NCBI GenBank assembly: GCA_044224875.1
Contig: JBGAJQ010000014.1
Span: 1 to 64,000 of the forward strand
Direction: 5' to 3'
DNA from: Gemmatimonadaceae bacterium
GTDB lineage: Bacteria; Gemmatimonadota; Gemmatimonadetes; Gemmatimonadales; Gemmatimonadaceae
Length of the DNA stretch: 64,000 bases
Shown here: piece by piece, positions 1 to 9,513 of the stretch
How positions within the stretch are numbered: the stretch's first letter is position 1
How the letters are laid out: the number at the start of each line of letters is the position of its first letter
Notes under the pieces: generated by a model
Told to the model about the DNA's origin: nothing
Database searches by the model: none
Seen by the model: the letters and a program-made list of their open reading frames with translations, nothing else
Made by a program: the position numbers and the translations under genes

Positions 1-834
1 CTCAACATCAGTTACAAGCCCCCACTGAAAGCGGGTCACCAAACGATCTTCAATCCCAGGAATTTCACTCGGTGGCCGGTCACTTGTTACGATGATCTGT
101 CGGCCCGCTTCGTAAAGTGCGTTAAAGGTGTGAAAAAATTCCTCTTGGGTAGCTTCCTTATTCTTCAGGAAGTGGACATCGTCAACGAGAAGTAGATCCG
201 TCTCGCGAAACCGCGACCGAAACACCGACATTGTGCGGGTCTGGATCGCTGCAACGTAGTCATTCGTGAACTGTTCAGCGCCAATATAGATAGCCCGGCA
301 AGTTGGAGTACCCAAGAGCACTTGATGAGCAATTGCCTGCATCAGGTGTGTCTTTCCAAGGCCCGACGCGCCGTAGATGAAGAGTGGGTTGTAGACTCGA
401 CCAGGCGCTTCAGCAACTGCCATGGCTGCTGCTGCTGCGAGCTCATTGGACTTTCCGACAACGAACTGATCAAACGTGTAGCGAGCGGAAAGCAACGGCT
501 TTGGTGCGATCACTCTGCTCGTTGGTGTGGCGCTTGACGCCACCGGTCGAGAAAAGAGATCCATTTGAACGCGGTCACGCACGCGTTCGTCGATCAGAAA
601 CTCGATTCTACATGGGTGCCCAAGTGCAATCGGCGCGAGAGAGGCCAAGAGGTCGCTATGCTTGGAGCCCAGCCACTCGATCGAAAATTGATCGGGAGCG
701 CCGAGCGAAAGCAGGCTTCCAGTAAACGCAATTGGAACAAGCGGTTCCAGCCACATCCGAAACGTTTGTTCCGGAACTTCGCGACTGGCCAACGAGAGTA
801 GGCGCGACCAAGCGTCGGTGGCTGAGAGGCTCAT
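1..834 (-). CDS. dnaA: Chromosomal replication initiator DnaA (3' part runs off window)
   Basis: Not in ORF track; manual translation from ATG 834: MSLSATDAWSRLL...YTFDQFVVGKSNELA...YNPLFIYGASGLGKTHL (Walker A)...LLLVDDVHFL...TQEEFFHTFNAL...RLVTRFQWGL. Confidence 0.98.
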   Translation of the reverse strand, partial: MSLSATDAWSRLLSLASREVPEQTFRMWLEPLVPIAFTGSLLSLGAPDQFSIEWLGSKHSDLLASLAPIALGHPCRIEFLIDERVRDRVQMDLFSRPVASSATPTSRVIAPKPLLSARYTFDQFVVGKSNELAAAAAMAVAEAPGRVYNPLFIYGASGLGKTHLMQAIAHQVLLGTPTCRAIYIGAEQFTNDYVAAIQTRTMSVFRSRFRETDLLLVDDVHFLKNKEATQEEFFHTFNALYEAGRQIIVTSDRPPSEIPGIEDRLVTRFQWGLVTDVE

Positions 835-842
835 CTACAAAA

Positions 843-888
843 TGTGGAAAACCGAGGGGCGGCGAACCTAGGCACGCCGTGTGGAAAA
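843..888 (-). promoter_or_regulatory. Two DnaA boxes (TTTTCCACA on minus strand) at 843-851 and 880-888
   Basis: TGTGGAAAA occurs twice directly upstream of dnaA; matches consensus TTWTNCACA. Confidence 0.8.
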
Positions 889-925
889 GTCAACTCGTGC
901 ACCGCACGCCACGCTCGCTAAGCGA

Positions 926-954
926 TTGACCGCGTTGAACTAACGCAGTATTTT
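926..954 (+). promoter_or_regulatory. Sigma70-type promoter of rpmH operon
   Basis: TTGACC-N17-TATTTT, ending 44 nt before rpmH ATG. Confidence 0.65.
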
Positions 955-998
955 CTCGGGCTCACCCAACGCAACCTCAAAGGGGTTTTGGAGCTGGA

Positions 999-1163
999 AT
1001 GGGAAAGCCCACGTATCGTCCTCGAAACAAGCGAAGAATCCGAACTCACGGATTCCGAACGCGAATGGCAACCCGATGGGGCCGTGAAGTCCTAAGCCGA
1101 CGCCGGAAGAAGGGTAGGAAACGGCTAACAGTTCAACTGCCGTCCAAGTACGCTGCAGCGTAA
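999..1163 (+). CDS. rpmH: 50S ribosomal protein L34 (54 aa)
   Basis: Below ORF-track cutoff; [43 protein letters not shown]; canonical position. Confidence 0.98.
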   Translation: MGKPTYRPRNKRRIRTHGFRTRMATRWGREVLSRRRKKGRKRLTVQLPSKYAAA

Positions 1164-1521
1164 GGGACATCAGTTCCCGCGCGACTATCGATTAACGCGC
1201 ACCTCTGACATTCAGCGCTTGATGCGTGAGGGGAAGGCACGTCGAACTGGTTCACTAACGGTTCGGATGTGCTCTTCCCCTCTGTCACATGCGCGCGTCG
1301 GCATTGTGGTACCGCGCTACGGCCACACTGCAGTCGAACGAAACAGGCTAAAGCGACAGCTCCGCGAATTGGTCCGCCTTGAACTACTCGGCATGACAGA
1401 AGCACTCGATGTACTCATCCACTGCAGCGGGAAATCGTACCTACACACGTTTGAGACGCTGCGGGATGAAATTGAAAATGTTCGGCTCCTTCTGTCAGCC
1501 AGGACGCTAGAGAGCTCGTGA
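1153..1521 (+). CDS. rnpA: Ribonuclease P protein component (start uncertain: CTG 1153 or TTG/ATG 1219/1222)
   Basis: RVGIVVPR...[16 protein letters not shown] motif; upstream in-frame FPRDYRL; synteny. Confidence 0.9.
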   Translation: MQRKGHQFPRDYRLTRTSDIQRLMREGKARRTGSLTVRMCSSPLSHARVGIVVPRYGHTAVERNRLKRQLRELVRLELLGMTEALDVLIHCSGKSYLHTFETLRDEIENVRLLLSARTLESS

Positions 1522-1727
1522 GAACTCTCGCGGTGCTGCTTGTGCGGGCGTACCAGTTGTATTTGTCGCCGTTACTACCGTCAGCGTGTAGGTACTACCC
1601 GAGTTGTTCGGCATACGCAGTGGAAGCACTGGAGAAATACGGATTCCTTCGCGGTTCAGCACTTGCTGTCCGTCGAATTGCTCGATGTCACCCCTTTCGA
1701 TCAGGCGGTTATGACCCCGTACCCTAG
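1518..1727 (+). CDS. yidD: Membrane protein insertion efficiency factor YidD
   Basis: CRYYPSCSAY...RCHPF..GGYDPVP. Confidence 0.97.
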   Translation: MRTLAVLLVRAYQLYLSPLLPSACRYYPSCSAYAVEALEKYGFLRGSALAVRRIARCHPFRSGGYDPVP

Positions 1728-1741
1728 GCTCGGGTAAGCGC

Positions 1742-3433
1742 ATGGACAAACGCACCATCCTTGCACTGGCCCTTGCAGCTGTCGTCCTAGTAGTGACTCC
1801 GCGACTGTTTCCAGGAAGCCGTCCGGCGGCGCCAGATGCACGGACGGATACAACCTCCGTCCGCGCGCAGACAGGCGATACATCAGCCACCCAGAGGCCT
1901 CCAGCGGTGGCACCCTCCCCCGCGCCACTTCATCCTGAAGTGGAGGCAGCGCCAACGGGTTCGGATAGCAATGTTATTGCGAAGTCCACAGTTGTTCGAG
2001 ACTCACTCTCGAGCTTTGAGTTCAGCAGTGTTGGAGCTGCTGTAGCTCGCGTGGTGCTACACAGCTACCCGGACTTGGCGAAAAAGAAAAACCAGTCACC
2101 GGTTGAACTCTCATCGGGCTCGAGTCCGGTTGTGTCCTACCGGCTCGTGGTCGGAAAGGACACCATTGACCTGCGGAACCTCGTGTTCACGACGATTAGT
2201 GATTCCGCAGAACGTGCTCGACGGCAGGTGAGGTATGAAACAAGCGTTCGGGGTGCGCGAATCGCAATCACGTATGACGTTCGCCCTGACAGCTTCATCA
2301 CGCGCGTAAGGAGTTCTGTCTCGCCACGCGACTCCCTCAAGTCACCAGCCTATCTGTTGATCGACTTACCTCAAACGCTCCAGTCGTTCGAGGCGGACAC
2401 GGTGGATGACCAACGACACTTAGCGTTTGCGTACCGTCCGGCAGGAAGTGATGCCAAGAGTCTACCCTTTGGCAAGCTCGACCCCGGAGAGCGCGAGATA
2501 GTAAAAGGCCCGTTAACGTGGGTTGTAACGAAGAGTAAGTACTTCCTGCTTGGAATCCTTGCGACCGGAGAAGACTCATCCTTCATCGAGTTCTCGGCAA
2601 CTGGTGGAGCGCGCGCATCACGCACAGCTACTCACGCGTCGGGCACGATCGTTTCGAGATTCAATAATCAGGGCGAGGTTGCCTTTGAGATGTATGCTGG
2701 GCCACAGCACTGGAGACGGCTTTCCGCCATCGGGCGTGATTTTCAGAACTCGAATCCGTATGGGGGCTTCCTTCAACCCGTTGTGCAGCCGTTTGCGACG
2801 ATCGTAATGAAGATCTTGCTGTGGATGCGCGAAAACTTGCAGATCAGTTACGGCTGGGTCCTCGTAATCTTCGGAATTGCGGTACGGTTGGTCCTTTGGC
2901 CACTGAATCAAAAAGGCATGCGTGCCAGCATGAAGATGCAACGCATTCAGCCCGAGTTGAATGACATTCAAAAGCGGTACAAGAACGATCCGCAGAAAAT
3001 GCAGGCGGAAATGATGCGGGTGTACAAAGAGCACGACATGAGTCCCTTCAGCACATTCGCTGGGTGTCTCCCACTCTTTCTCCCGCTCCCGATTCTCTTT
3101 GCCCTTTTCTTCGTCTTCCAAAACACGATCGAATTCCGGGGCGTTCCGTTTCTCTGGTTCCAGGATATCTCTCAAAAGGATCCGTTCTACATCGTGCCAC
3201 TCACGATGGGTGTTTCGATGTTCGTATTGTCGTGGATCGGCATGCGGAACACGCCACCAAATCCGCAGACCAAGGCCATGACCTACATCTTTCCGGTCAT
3301 GATGACGGTGCTGTTCGCAAACTTCCCGGCTGGATTGAACATGTACTATACAATCCAGAACTTGGCCGCCCTTCCGCAGCAGTGGCTGATTTCAAACGAA
3401 CGAGCGAGAACCCAGCAGCCAACAAAGACGTAA
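1742..3433 (+). CDS. yidC: Membrane protein insertase YidC
   Basis: N-terminal TM, periplasmic domain, SMKMQRIQPEL, GCLP, DPFYIVP, PAGLNMYY. Confidence 0.97.
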   Translation: MDKRTILALALAAVVLVVTPRLFPGSRPAAPDARTDTTSVRAQTGDTSATQRPPAVAPSPAPLHPEVEAAPTGSDSNVIAKSTVVRDSLSSFEFSSVGAAVARVVLHSYPDLAKKKNQSPVELSSGSSPVVSYRLVVGKDTIDLRNLVFTTISDSAERARRQVRYETSVRGARIAITYDVRPDSFITRVRSSVSPRDSLKSPAYLLIDLPQTLQSFEADTVDDQRHLAFAYRPAGSDAKSLPFGKLDPGEREIVKGPLTWVVTKSKYFLLGILATGEDSSFIEFSATGGARASRTATHASGTIVSRFNNQGEVAFEMYAGPQHWRRLSAIGRDFQNSNPYGGFLQPVVQPFATIVMKILLWMRENLQISYGWVLVIFGIAVRLVLWPLNQKGMRASMKMQRIQPELNDIQKRYKNDPQKMQAEMMRVYKEHDMSPFSTFAGCLPLFLPLPILFALFFVFQNTIEFRGVPFLWFQDISQKDPFYIVPLTMGVSMFVLSWIGMRNTPPNPQTKAMTYIFPVMMTVLFANFPAGLNMYYTIQNLAALPQQWLISNERARTQQPTKT

Positions 3434-3442
3434 CTACATCCT

Positions 3443-4807
3443 TTGCCTGTCGCAGTGATGTTGCTGGAAAGTGATACCATCGCTGCACTCTCAACTCCGA
3501 GCGGGCGCGGAGCGATCGCGGTTATCCGAGTCTCTGGGAACACCGCGTTCGAGATCGGGCGCGCCATGATGGAGCGGTGGCCAACCGACGCTCGCAGATG
3601 TACGCTGACCCGTGCTCGCGACCCGCTAACAGAGGTGTGGCTCGATCAAGGCATTCTGGTACGCTTCGATCGCAATGCCAGCTACACCGGCGAGGAGATG
3701 TTTGAGTTCAGCGGACATGGTGGAACGGCGACACCATCCGCCGTTCTGAGCACGATACTGCGCTTGGGTGCACGTCATGCACGACCAGGAGAGTTCACAC
3801 AGCGCGCCGTTCTCAATGGCAAGGTGGATCTTGTCCAAGCTGAGGCAATCGGCGACCTGGTGGATGCGCAAACAGAAGCACACCGTCGCATCGCATTTTC
3901 GAATGCGATGGGAACCTTGTCTTCCCTCGCTGAACAACTACACCAACGCCTCGTCGAGTTGGAGGCATTGCTCGCGTACGATCTGGACTTTCCGGAGGAA
4001 GATGACGGACCGATTCCCAGGTCCCGCGTCGCCGCGGTGGTTGAGGAGTGCCTCGCGGTCCTGAACCGCCTGCTTTCTACGGCGCAAACTGCGGAAGTAG
4101 CACGAAATGGAGCCATCGTCGTAATTGCCGGGCGCCCAAACGCCGGAAAGTCTTCCCTCTTCAATGCACTGGTTGGCGAGGACCGTGCGATCGTGACGGA
4201 ACACCCGGGAACGACGCGCGATGCTATCGAGGTCGTTCTCGATGATCCTGAGATTCCTCTTCGACTAGTCGATACGGCAGGATTACGGGACACTGAGGAT
4301 GAATTGGAGCTTCGGGGCATTGAGGTAAGTGCAAGACACCTCAGCAAGGCTCACCTCGTGCTAGTCTGCGGGGATGAACCTGGATCTATCGAGGAGACTG
4401 TTCGCACCGTTCGGTCGATATGTGGAGATCGAGAGGTCATCCGGGTGTTGACGAAAGCAGATCTGGGACACGCGCTGCCCATGGAGGGCACCCACGTCGT
4501 AAGCGCCCATTCCGGCCTCGGGCTGCCGGAGCTCCTGCGGTCTGTTCGTGAGTCTGTAAGAAGTCAGCTCGGGCAAATCGAGCTCACGACGCCAATCGTC
4601 ACACGTGTTCGACAACAAGCGGCGCTAACGGAAGCGCGAAATGAGCTCGAAGAGTTTAAAGCCACATGGACGTCGGGTACGGTGCCAGCAGTGTTGGCGG
4701 CCGTGCACGTCCGTCAAGCAGCACATGCACTTGCGGAACTAATCGGCAAGATCGACGTCGAGATGATACTCGGCGCAGTCTTCGAACGATTTTGCGTCGG
4801 GAAGTGA
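3443..4807 (+). CDS. mnmE: tRNA modification GTPase MnmE (alternative start ATG 3458)
   Basis: DTIAALST, GRPNAGKSS, GTTRD, DTAG, C-terminal FCVGK. Confidence 0.97.
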   Translation: MPVAVMLLESDTIAALSTPSGRGAIAVIRVSGNTAFEIGRAMMERWPTDARRCTLTRARDPLTEVWLDQGILVRFDRNASYTGEEMFEFSGHGGTATPSAVLSTILRLGARHARPGEFTQRAVLNGKVDLVQAEAIGDLVDAQTEAHRRIAFSNAMGTLSSLAEQLHQRLVELEALLAYDLDFPEEDDGPIPRSRVAAVVEECLAVLNRLLSTAQTAEVARNGAIVVIAGRPNAGKSSLFNALVGEDRAIVTEHPGTTRDAIEVVLDDPEIPLRLVDTAGLRDTEDELELRGIEVSARHLSKAHLVLVCGDEPGSIEETVRTVRSICGDREVIRVLTKADLGHALPMEGTHVVSAHSGLGLPELLRSVRESVRSQLGQIELTTPIVTRVRQQAALTEARNELEEFKATWTSGTVPAVLAAVHVRQAAHALAELIGKIDVEMILGAVFERFCVGK

Positions 4808-4811
4808 GGTA

Positions 4812-5753
4812 CTAGGCCGACACTACGGCTGCGGCTGCACCAGCGGCAAGCAGCTCGTCGGCGGTGGCTCGAACGCTCCACGCGGCCCCGTTGGTCTCGA
4901 GAGCAGGAGCGACCATCTGTGCGCCGATGTAATAGCCGGAGCGCTCGGGAATCACCTGTCTTTCGATCGTTCGAGCCTCGTCTCCTACGCCGCCGGACAA
5001 GTAGCGCAGACGAAGGCCGAGCGCACTTCGTTCGAAATCAGCTCGAACGGCGCGGGTAATTGTTGGCTCGAGCTCACGCACCCTGCCGTACTGCCGGCGA
5101 CCGTAACCGAAGTACTCCCATGCGGCATGTCCAGGGCTCACGAGTCTGGACACCTGCACCGAAAGGCCCTCATTGACAAGAAGCTCTTTGAGTGGTGCGC
5201 GGCGCCCCGTCTCCCAGTACGAGTAGTATCCGTCAGCCTCTTCAACGAGTCCCTTCATGTCGCTGCGACTCGTCGGCGACGTGTAACGCACTGCGTGGGC
5301 GATTTCGTGCGAGAGCCAGAGGGGGAGCAACTCCGGGTCCAGGCCCAAACCTTGAGTCTCGGGGTTGGCCACGCCCGTGAAGTGCTCTAAGCAAACAAAC
5401 GCAATTCCGCGCCCGGCGACCACCAGTTCGCCGGCATTAGCTGCGCCGACACCGACCATTAGGACGACGTCAATCTCGCAGTCGATGTCGAGAAGAGTTG
5501 AGCAAGCTGCCTCAGTGTCCCGAGCCAATGCGACGACGTCGACGCGTTCAAGCATCGCGCGCAGGTCGTCACGATTCGCAAGCGCTGCCATCCGCACGAC
5601 ATCTTGAAAGTGCGGACCATCGGGATCCAGAACGTAATTATTCCAGTAAGCCGCCAGTCGATGGCGATGGGCTTCGAAGTACTGGTGGTACGCGGCGACG
5701 CGGTCAGTGCTGTTGAGAACGGCGAGGAAATCAGGGAGCAGGTTGACGAGCAT
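4812..5753 (-). CDS. Putative Zn-dependent peptidase (DUF2268-like)
   Basis: HEIAH zincin motif, downstream NEGL and GYYIG. Confidence 0.65.
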   Translation of the reverse strand: MLVNLLPDFLAVLNSTDRVAAYHQYFEAHRHRLAAYWNNYVLDPDGPHFQDVVRMAALANRDDLRAMLERVDVVALARDTEAACSTLLDIDCEIDVVLMVGVGAANAGELVVAGRGIAFVCLEHFTGVANPETQGLGLDPELLPLWLSHEIAHAVRYTSPTSRSDMKGLVEEADGYYSYWETGRRAPLKELLVNEGLSVQVSRLVSPGHAAWEYFGYGRRQYGRVRELEPTITRAVRADFERSALGLRLRYLSGGVGDEARTIERQVIPERSGYYIGAQMVAPALETNGAAWSVRATADELLAAGAAAAVVSA

Positions 5754-5872
5754 CAACGACCAGGTCGCGGGTGGGCGGCGCGAGTGCTGCTCAAACCGGG
5801 CGGAATGATAGTCCTACTGATCGCGAACAACAAGTGACAAGATTTGCGACTGCGAGTTTTCAATCATTTGCA

Positions 5873-6520
5873 CTATCGCGTTCCAAAGAGTCGGTCACCA
5901 GCATCACCAAGTCCGGGAAGAATGTAGCCATGAGCGTTGAGTTCACGATCGAGCGCGGCGGCAAAAATTGGTACATCGGGATGTTCGCGAGCCAAACGCG
6001 TCACGCCTTCAGGTGCAGCAACAAGGCAGAGAAATCGAATTCGCGTGGCGCCCGCTCGCTTCAGCGAGGCGACTGCCGATACTGCGCTCCCGCCGGTGGC
6101 GAGCATTGGATCGAGTAGGAAGAAATCGCGTTCAGCGGCGTCACTGGGGACTTTGAAGTAGTAGTCGACAGGTTGGAGCGTGTCATGATCTCGATACAAG
6201 CCAATGTGTCCAACGCGCGCAGACGGTACGAGGCGAAGTACGCCTTCTACCATTCCAAGCCCCGCCCGCAGAATAGGAACGAGCGTCAGCTTCTTGCCCA
6301 TGACACGCTGAACACGTGCCGTCTCAAGTGGAGTTTCCACCTCAGCTTCTTCGAGCGGCAAGGAACTCGTCGCCTCATACGCCATCAGCATAGCGATTTC
6401 GTCCACGAGTTCCTTGAAGTGCTTTGTGGAGGTCCGCCGATCACGCAGAATGGCCAGTTTGTGCTGAACCAATGGGTGGCGGACCACGATCAAGCTGGGC
6501 AAATCGGGGGTGGTGTGCAT
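5873..6520 (-). CDS. upp: Uracil phosphoribosyltransferase
   Basis: [35 protein letters not shown]. Confidence 0.98.
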   Translation of the reverse strand: MHTTPDLPSLIVVRHPLVQHKLAILRDRRTSTKHFKELVDEIAMLMAYEATSSLPLEEAEVETPLETARVQRVMGKKLTLVPILRAGLGMVEGVLRLVPSARVGHIGLYRDHDTLQPVDYYFKVPSDAAERDFFLLDPMLATGGSAVSAVASLKRAGATRIRFLCLVAAPEGVTRLAREHPDVPIFAAALDRELNAHGYILPGLGDAGDRLFGTR

Positions 6521-6546
6521 AGCTGGCAGGCTAGTATTTTCGCGTC

Positions 6547-6726
6547 ATGAAAGAATATCAAGCGGTCATTCACCGACTCACCAGGCACACGCGCGAGGAC
6601 GAGGAAGCACTCACGGACCTCTTTAACGAGCGGAGCCGGGGTGGCTGGGCACCCGTGATGATGGCACAGGACGATCAGCGCTTGACGGTCATCTTCGAGC
6701 GCGACACGGAAGACGAGCACCAATAG
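6547..6726 (+). CDS. Small hypothetical protein, 59 aa (DUF4177-like pattern)
   Basis: Not in track; MKEYQAVIHRLTRHTREDEEALTDLFNERSRGGWAPVMMAQDDQRLTVIFERDTEDEHQ; TAG overlaps GTG of next gene; -10 hexamer 6 nt upstream. Confidence 0.75.
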   Translation: MKEYQAVIHRLTRHTREDEEALTDLFNERSRGGWAPVMMAQDDQRLTVIFERDTEDEHQ

Positions 6727-8108
6727 TGGAGGTTACCTTCGCCGGCGCAGCCCGTGAAGTGACCGGGTCTTGTCATCTCCTTCGAGTCGGCGGGCGCACA
6801 GTGGCTCTGGACTTCGGCCTGTTTCAGGGACGCCGTGCGGAGGCGGAAGCGAAGAACCGTCAGCTGCCAATCGATGTGGACGCACTCGATGCGGTGGTGC
6901 TGTCGCATGCCCACATCGATCACGCTGGCCGACTGCCATTGATCGTTCGCGAGGGGTTTCGAAAGACCATTTGGACTACGCCCGCTACGCGGGACCTGTG
7001 TGCGTACATGTTGATGGATTCCGCGCACATTCAAGAAAAGGACGCGGAGCACTTAGCGCGCCACAAGAAGAGTTTTGTGGAGCCGTTGTACGGGCAACGG
7101 GACGCAGCAAACGCCATCAGTCAGATGAATTGCGTTCCATACAACAGGCCATTCGAGGTAGTTCCTGGAGTCGTCGCGACGTACGTCGACGCGGGTCACA
7201 TCTTAGGCTCGGCTTCCGTTATCCTCGACTGCGCGGAAGGCTCAGTTCAGCGACGCATCGTGTTCTCCGGAGACATTGGCCGGAGCGGGCTGGCAATCAT
7301 CCGTGATCCACAACCGCCTACTGGAGCCGACGTGGTGATCATGGAGGCGACCTACGGAAACCGTGATCACACTTCTGTCGACGGCGCGCGTGCACAGCTG
7401 GGCAACGTGATTCGTGAAACCGCTGCCCGCGGTGGCCGTGTGCTGATTCCGTCGTTCGCCGTCGGGCGGACCCAAGAGCTCCTCTACGATCTCCATGCCC
7501 TGGTTCGCAGAGGCGAGGTACCGCGCATTCCAGTGTTTATCGACAGCCCGCTGGCAACAGACGCGACTGCGGTCTTCGAGTTGCATCCTGACACGTTCGA
7601 CCTGACGGAAGATCTCATTCAGCAAGTCCAGAACCTCTTCCGGTTCGATCTCGTACACTTCACGAAGGACGTGAACGAATCCAAGGGGCTTAACGCGATG
7701 CACGGACCCATGGTGATCATCGCGGCATCCGGCATGGCCGAATCCGGGAGAATCCTGCATCACTTGGCACACGGCGCGAGCGACCCTCGGAACACGATCC
7801 TGATCGTCGGATTCCAAGCCGAGCACACCCTTGGACGGCGAATTGTTGAACGGAGTCCCGTCATCAAAGTATTCGGGGAGGAGATTCCCCTCCGCGCACG
7901 GGTGGAAGTGCTCAACGGCTACAGCGCCCACGCCGATCGAAGGGAGTTGCTCTCGTGGCTACGAGCGGTGAGGAAGAGCTCAAAAACGACACCGTCTGTC
8001 CAACTGGTTCACGGAGAAGTTGAAGCACAAACCGCCTTTGCGGAAACGCTCCGTGGGGATGGGCTGGTGGTGAACATTCCCGCACGCGGCGACCGTGTGA
8101 CGCTCTAG
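6726..8108 (+). CDS. MBL-fold beta-CASP ribonuclease (Ysh1/TTHA0252-like)
   Basis: GAAREVTGS, SHAHIDH, AGHILGS, FSGD, SAHAD. Confidence 0.92.
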   Translation: MEVTFAGAAREVTGSCHLLRVGGRTVALDFGLFQGRRAEAEAKNRQLPIDVDALDAVVLSHAHIDHAGRLPLIVREGFRKTIWTTPATRDLCAYMLMDSAHIQEKDAEHLARHKKSFVEPLYGQRDAANAISQMNCVPYNRPFEVVPGVVATYVDAGHILGSASVILDCAEGSVQRRIVFSGDIGRSGLAIIRDPQPPTGADVVIMEATYGNRDHTSVDGARAQLGNVIRETAARGGRVLIPSFAVGRTQELLYDLHALVRRGEVPRIPVFIDSPLATDATAVFELHPDTFDLTEDLIQQVQNLFRFDLVHFTKDVNESKGLNAMHGPMVIIAASGMAESGRILHHLAHGASDPRNTILIVGFQAEHTLGRRIVERSPVIKVFGEEIPLRARVEVLNGYSAHADRRELLSWLRAVRKSSKTTPSVQLVHGEVEAQTAFAETLRGDGLVVNIPARGDRVTL

Positions 8109-8233
8109 CGCGGGCGTTTGCGCCCAAGAAGGCAGGTTATCGGCTGTTCGCGTGATCGCGAAGGTGGGACCGCTGCTCCGGCGGCAGTGCATGATGGCGA
8201 AAGGAGCATGCGCAGTGTCAGATTCGATAGCAT

Positions 8234-8845
8234 ATGACACTTGGCCTCCGCGGAATTTTCGTTCGCATCCTCGTCGGAGGTCCAATCCTCGCTTGGATGT
8301 TGAGTCTGCTGGCGGTGACCGTTTGGAGTCAGCGAGATGGCGCGGCAAAAGCGGACGCCATTGTCGTACTTGGGGCCGCGCAGTACGCTGGGCGACCGTC
8401 GCCGGTTCTGAAGGCGCGCCTGGACCACGCGGTCGACTTGTATCGAAAGGGACTGGCGACTTGGTTCGTCGTGACTGGCGGAAAGGGGCCAGGCGACACG
8501 ACCAGTGAGGCGGCAGTAAGCCGCCGATACGCGAGTCGCAACGGCGTTCCGGAAACTGCCATCCTCGCCGAGACGGTTGGGCGCTCGACCGACGCATCAC
8601 TGACCGGCGTCGCGGCGATCATGCAGGAGCGCAAATTACGCACCGCCATCCTCGTGAGCGATCCCTTTCACTCTCTGCGACTCCAGATTCTCGCGCGGCA
8701 CTATGGTATCGATGGGGTCACATCGCCAACGCGAACGAGTCCGATTTCCGCCAATCGTGGTGAGTCGGTCACATACATTCTGGGCGAGTCTGTGAAGGTT
8801 CCCGTCACATTGCTCTACACCTCTCTCAGCGGCGCATCGTATTAG
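8234..8845 (+). CDS. YdcF/DUF218 family protein
   Basis: DAIVVLGA, RLDHAVDLY, TGG, SEA, VSDPFHSLR. Confidence 0.9.
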   Translation: MTLGLRGIFVRILVGGPILAWMLSLLAVTVWSQRDGAAKADAIVVLGAAQYAGRPSPVLKARLDHAVDLYRKGLATWFVVTGGKGPGDTTSEAAVSRRYASRNGVPETAILAETVGRSTDASLTGVAAIMQERKLRTAILVSDPFHSLRLQILARHYGIDGVTSPTRTSPISANRGESVTYILGESVKVPVTLLYTSLSGASY

Positions 8846-8859
8846 CACTGGCGGTCATA

Positions 8860-9513
8860 TTGAAAGCTCCCCTTCCCCGAGTTGTAGCTCAACGCCTCGC
8901 AAGAGTGGCCGACGCCGTGGTGATGTTGTTGGTGTGTTTGAGCTGGCCGGCAGGGGCTCAGGAACGCCCGTCGGGCCCCGTGTTCCTGCTCCAGCCGGGA
9001 ATGGTCACAACGGACTTCATCTCGGCGCCTAACACGAACGGCAGCGGAACCGGGTTCAATCTTCGGTTCTCGACCGTGCTACCGACGTCGCATGCCTGGC
9101 TCTCGCCAGTCTTTGGAGTCAACTTGATTCCCTACGGGACGACCGGCTTCTCCTCAACCAGCACCAACGCGCCGAGCGTCTTCGTTGGGAACGTATTCGC
9201 GGTCATACCCAAGCGTGCTCTTGGCGGGTGGGTGAAGGTAGACGCGCCATTGCTGTGGTACTACACGTACGACGGAGGTGGACCGCGGACCGAAGACCTT
9301 TTCGGGCGTGATTTCTACGCCGAGCTGTCATTCACGGTGTTTCTTGGCGAAAAAGTGTTTCGGGATCTCGGGCCTCAATGGAGGCGCGTGAGGGGCTACC
9401 TTCTGTTTGACCAGAACCTGACGCCAAACCCTGACCGAGTGTCGACTCGAACAGATCGATTCAACCCGATTGCGCTGTATGGCATCAGCGTGGCGTTCGG
9501 GGGGTCGCAATGA
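8860..9513 (+). CDS. Exported hypothetical protein, possibly small outer-membrane beta-barrel
   Basis: Signal-peptide-like N-terminus, alternating aromatic beta-strands, overlaps next start. Confidence 0.6.
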   Translation: MKAPLPRVVAQRLARVADAVVMLLVCLSWPAGAQERPSGPVFLLQPGMVTTDFISAPNTNGSGTGFNLRFSTVLPTSHAWLSPVFGVNLIPYGTTGFSSTSTNAPSVFVGNVFAVIPKRALGGWVKVDAPLLWYYTYDGGGPRTEDLFGRDFYAELSFTVFLGEKVFRDLGPQWRRVRGYLLFDQNLTPNPDRVSTRTDRFNPIALYGISVAFGGSQ

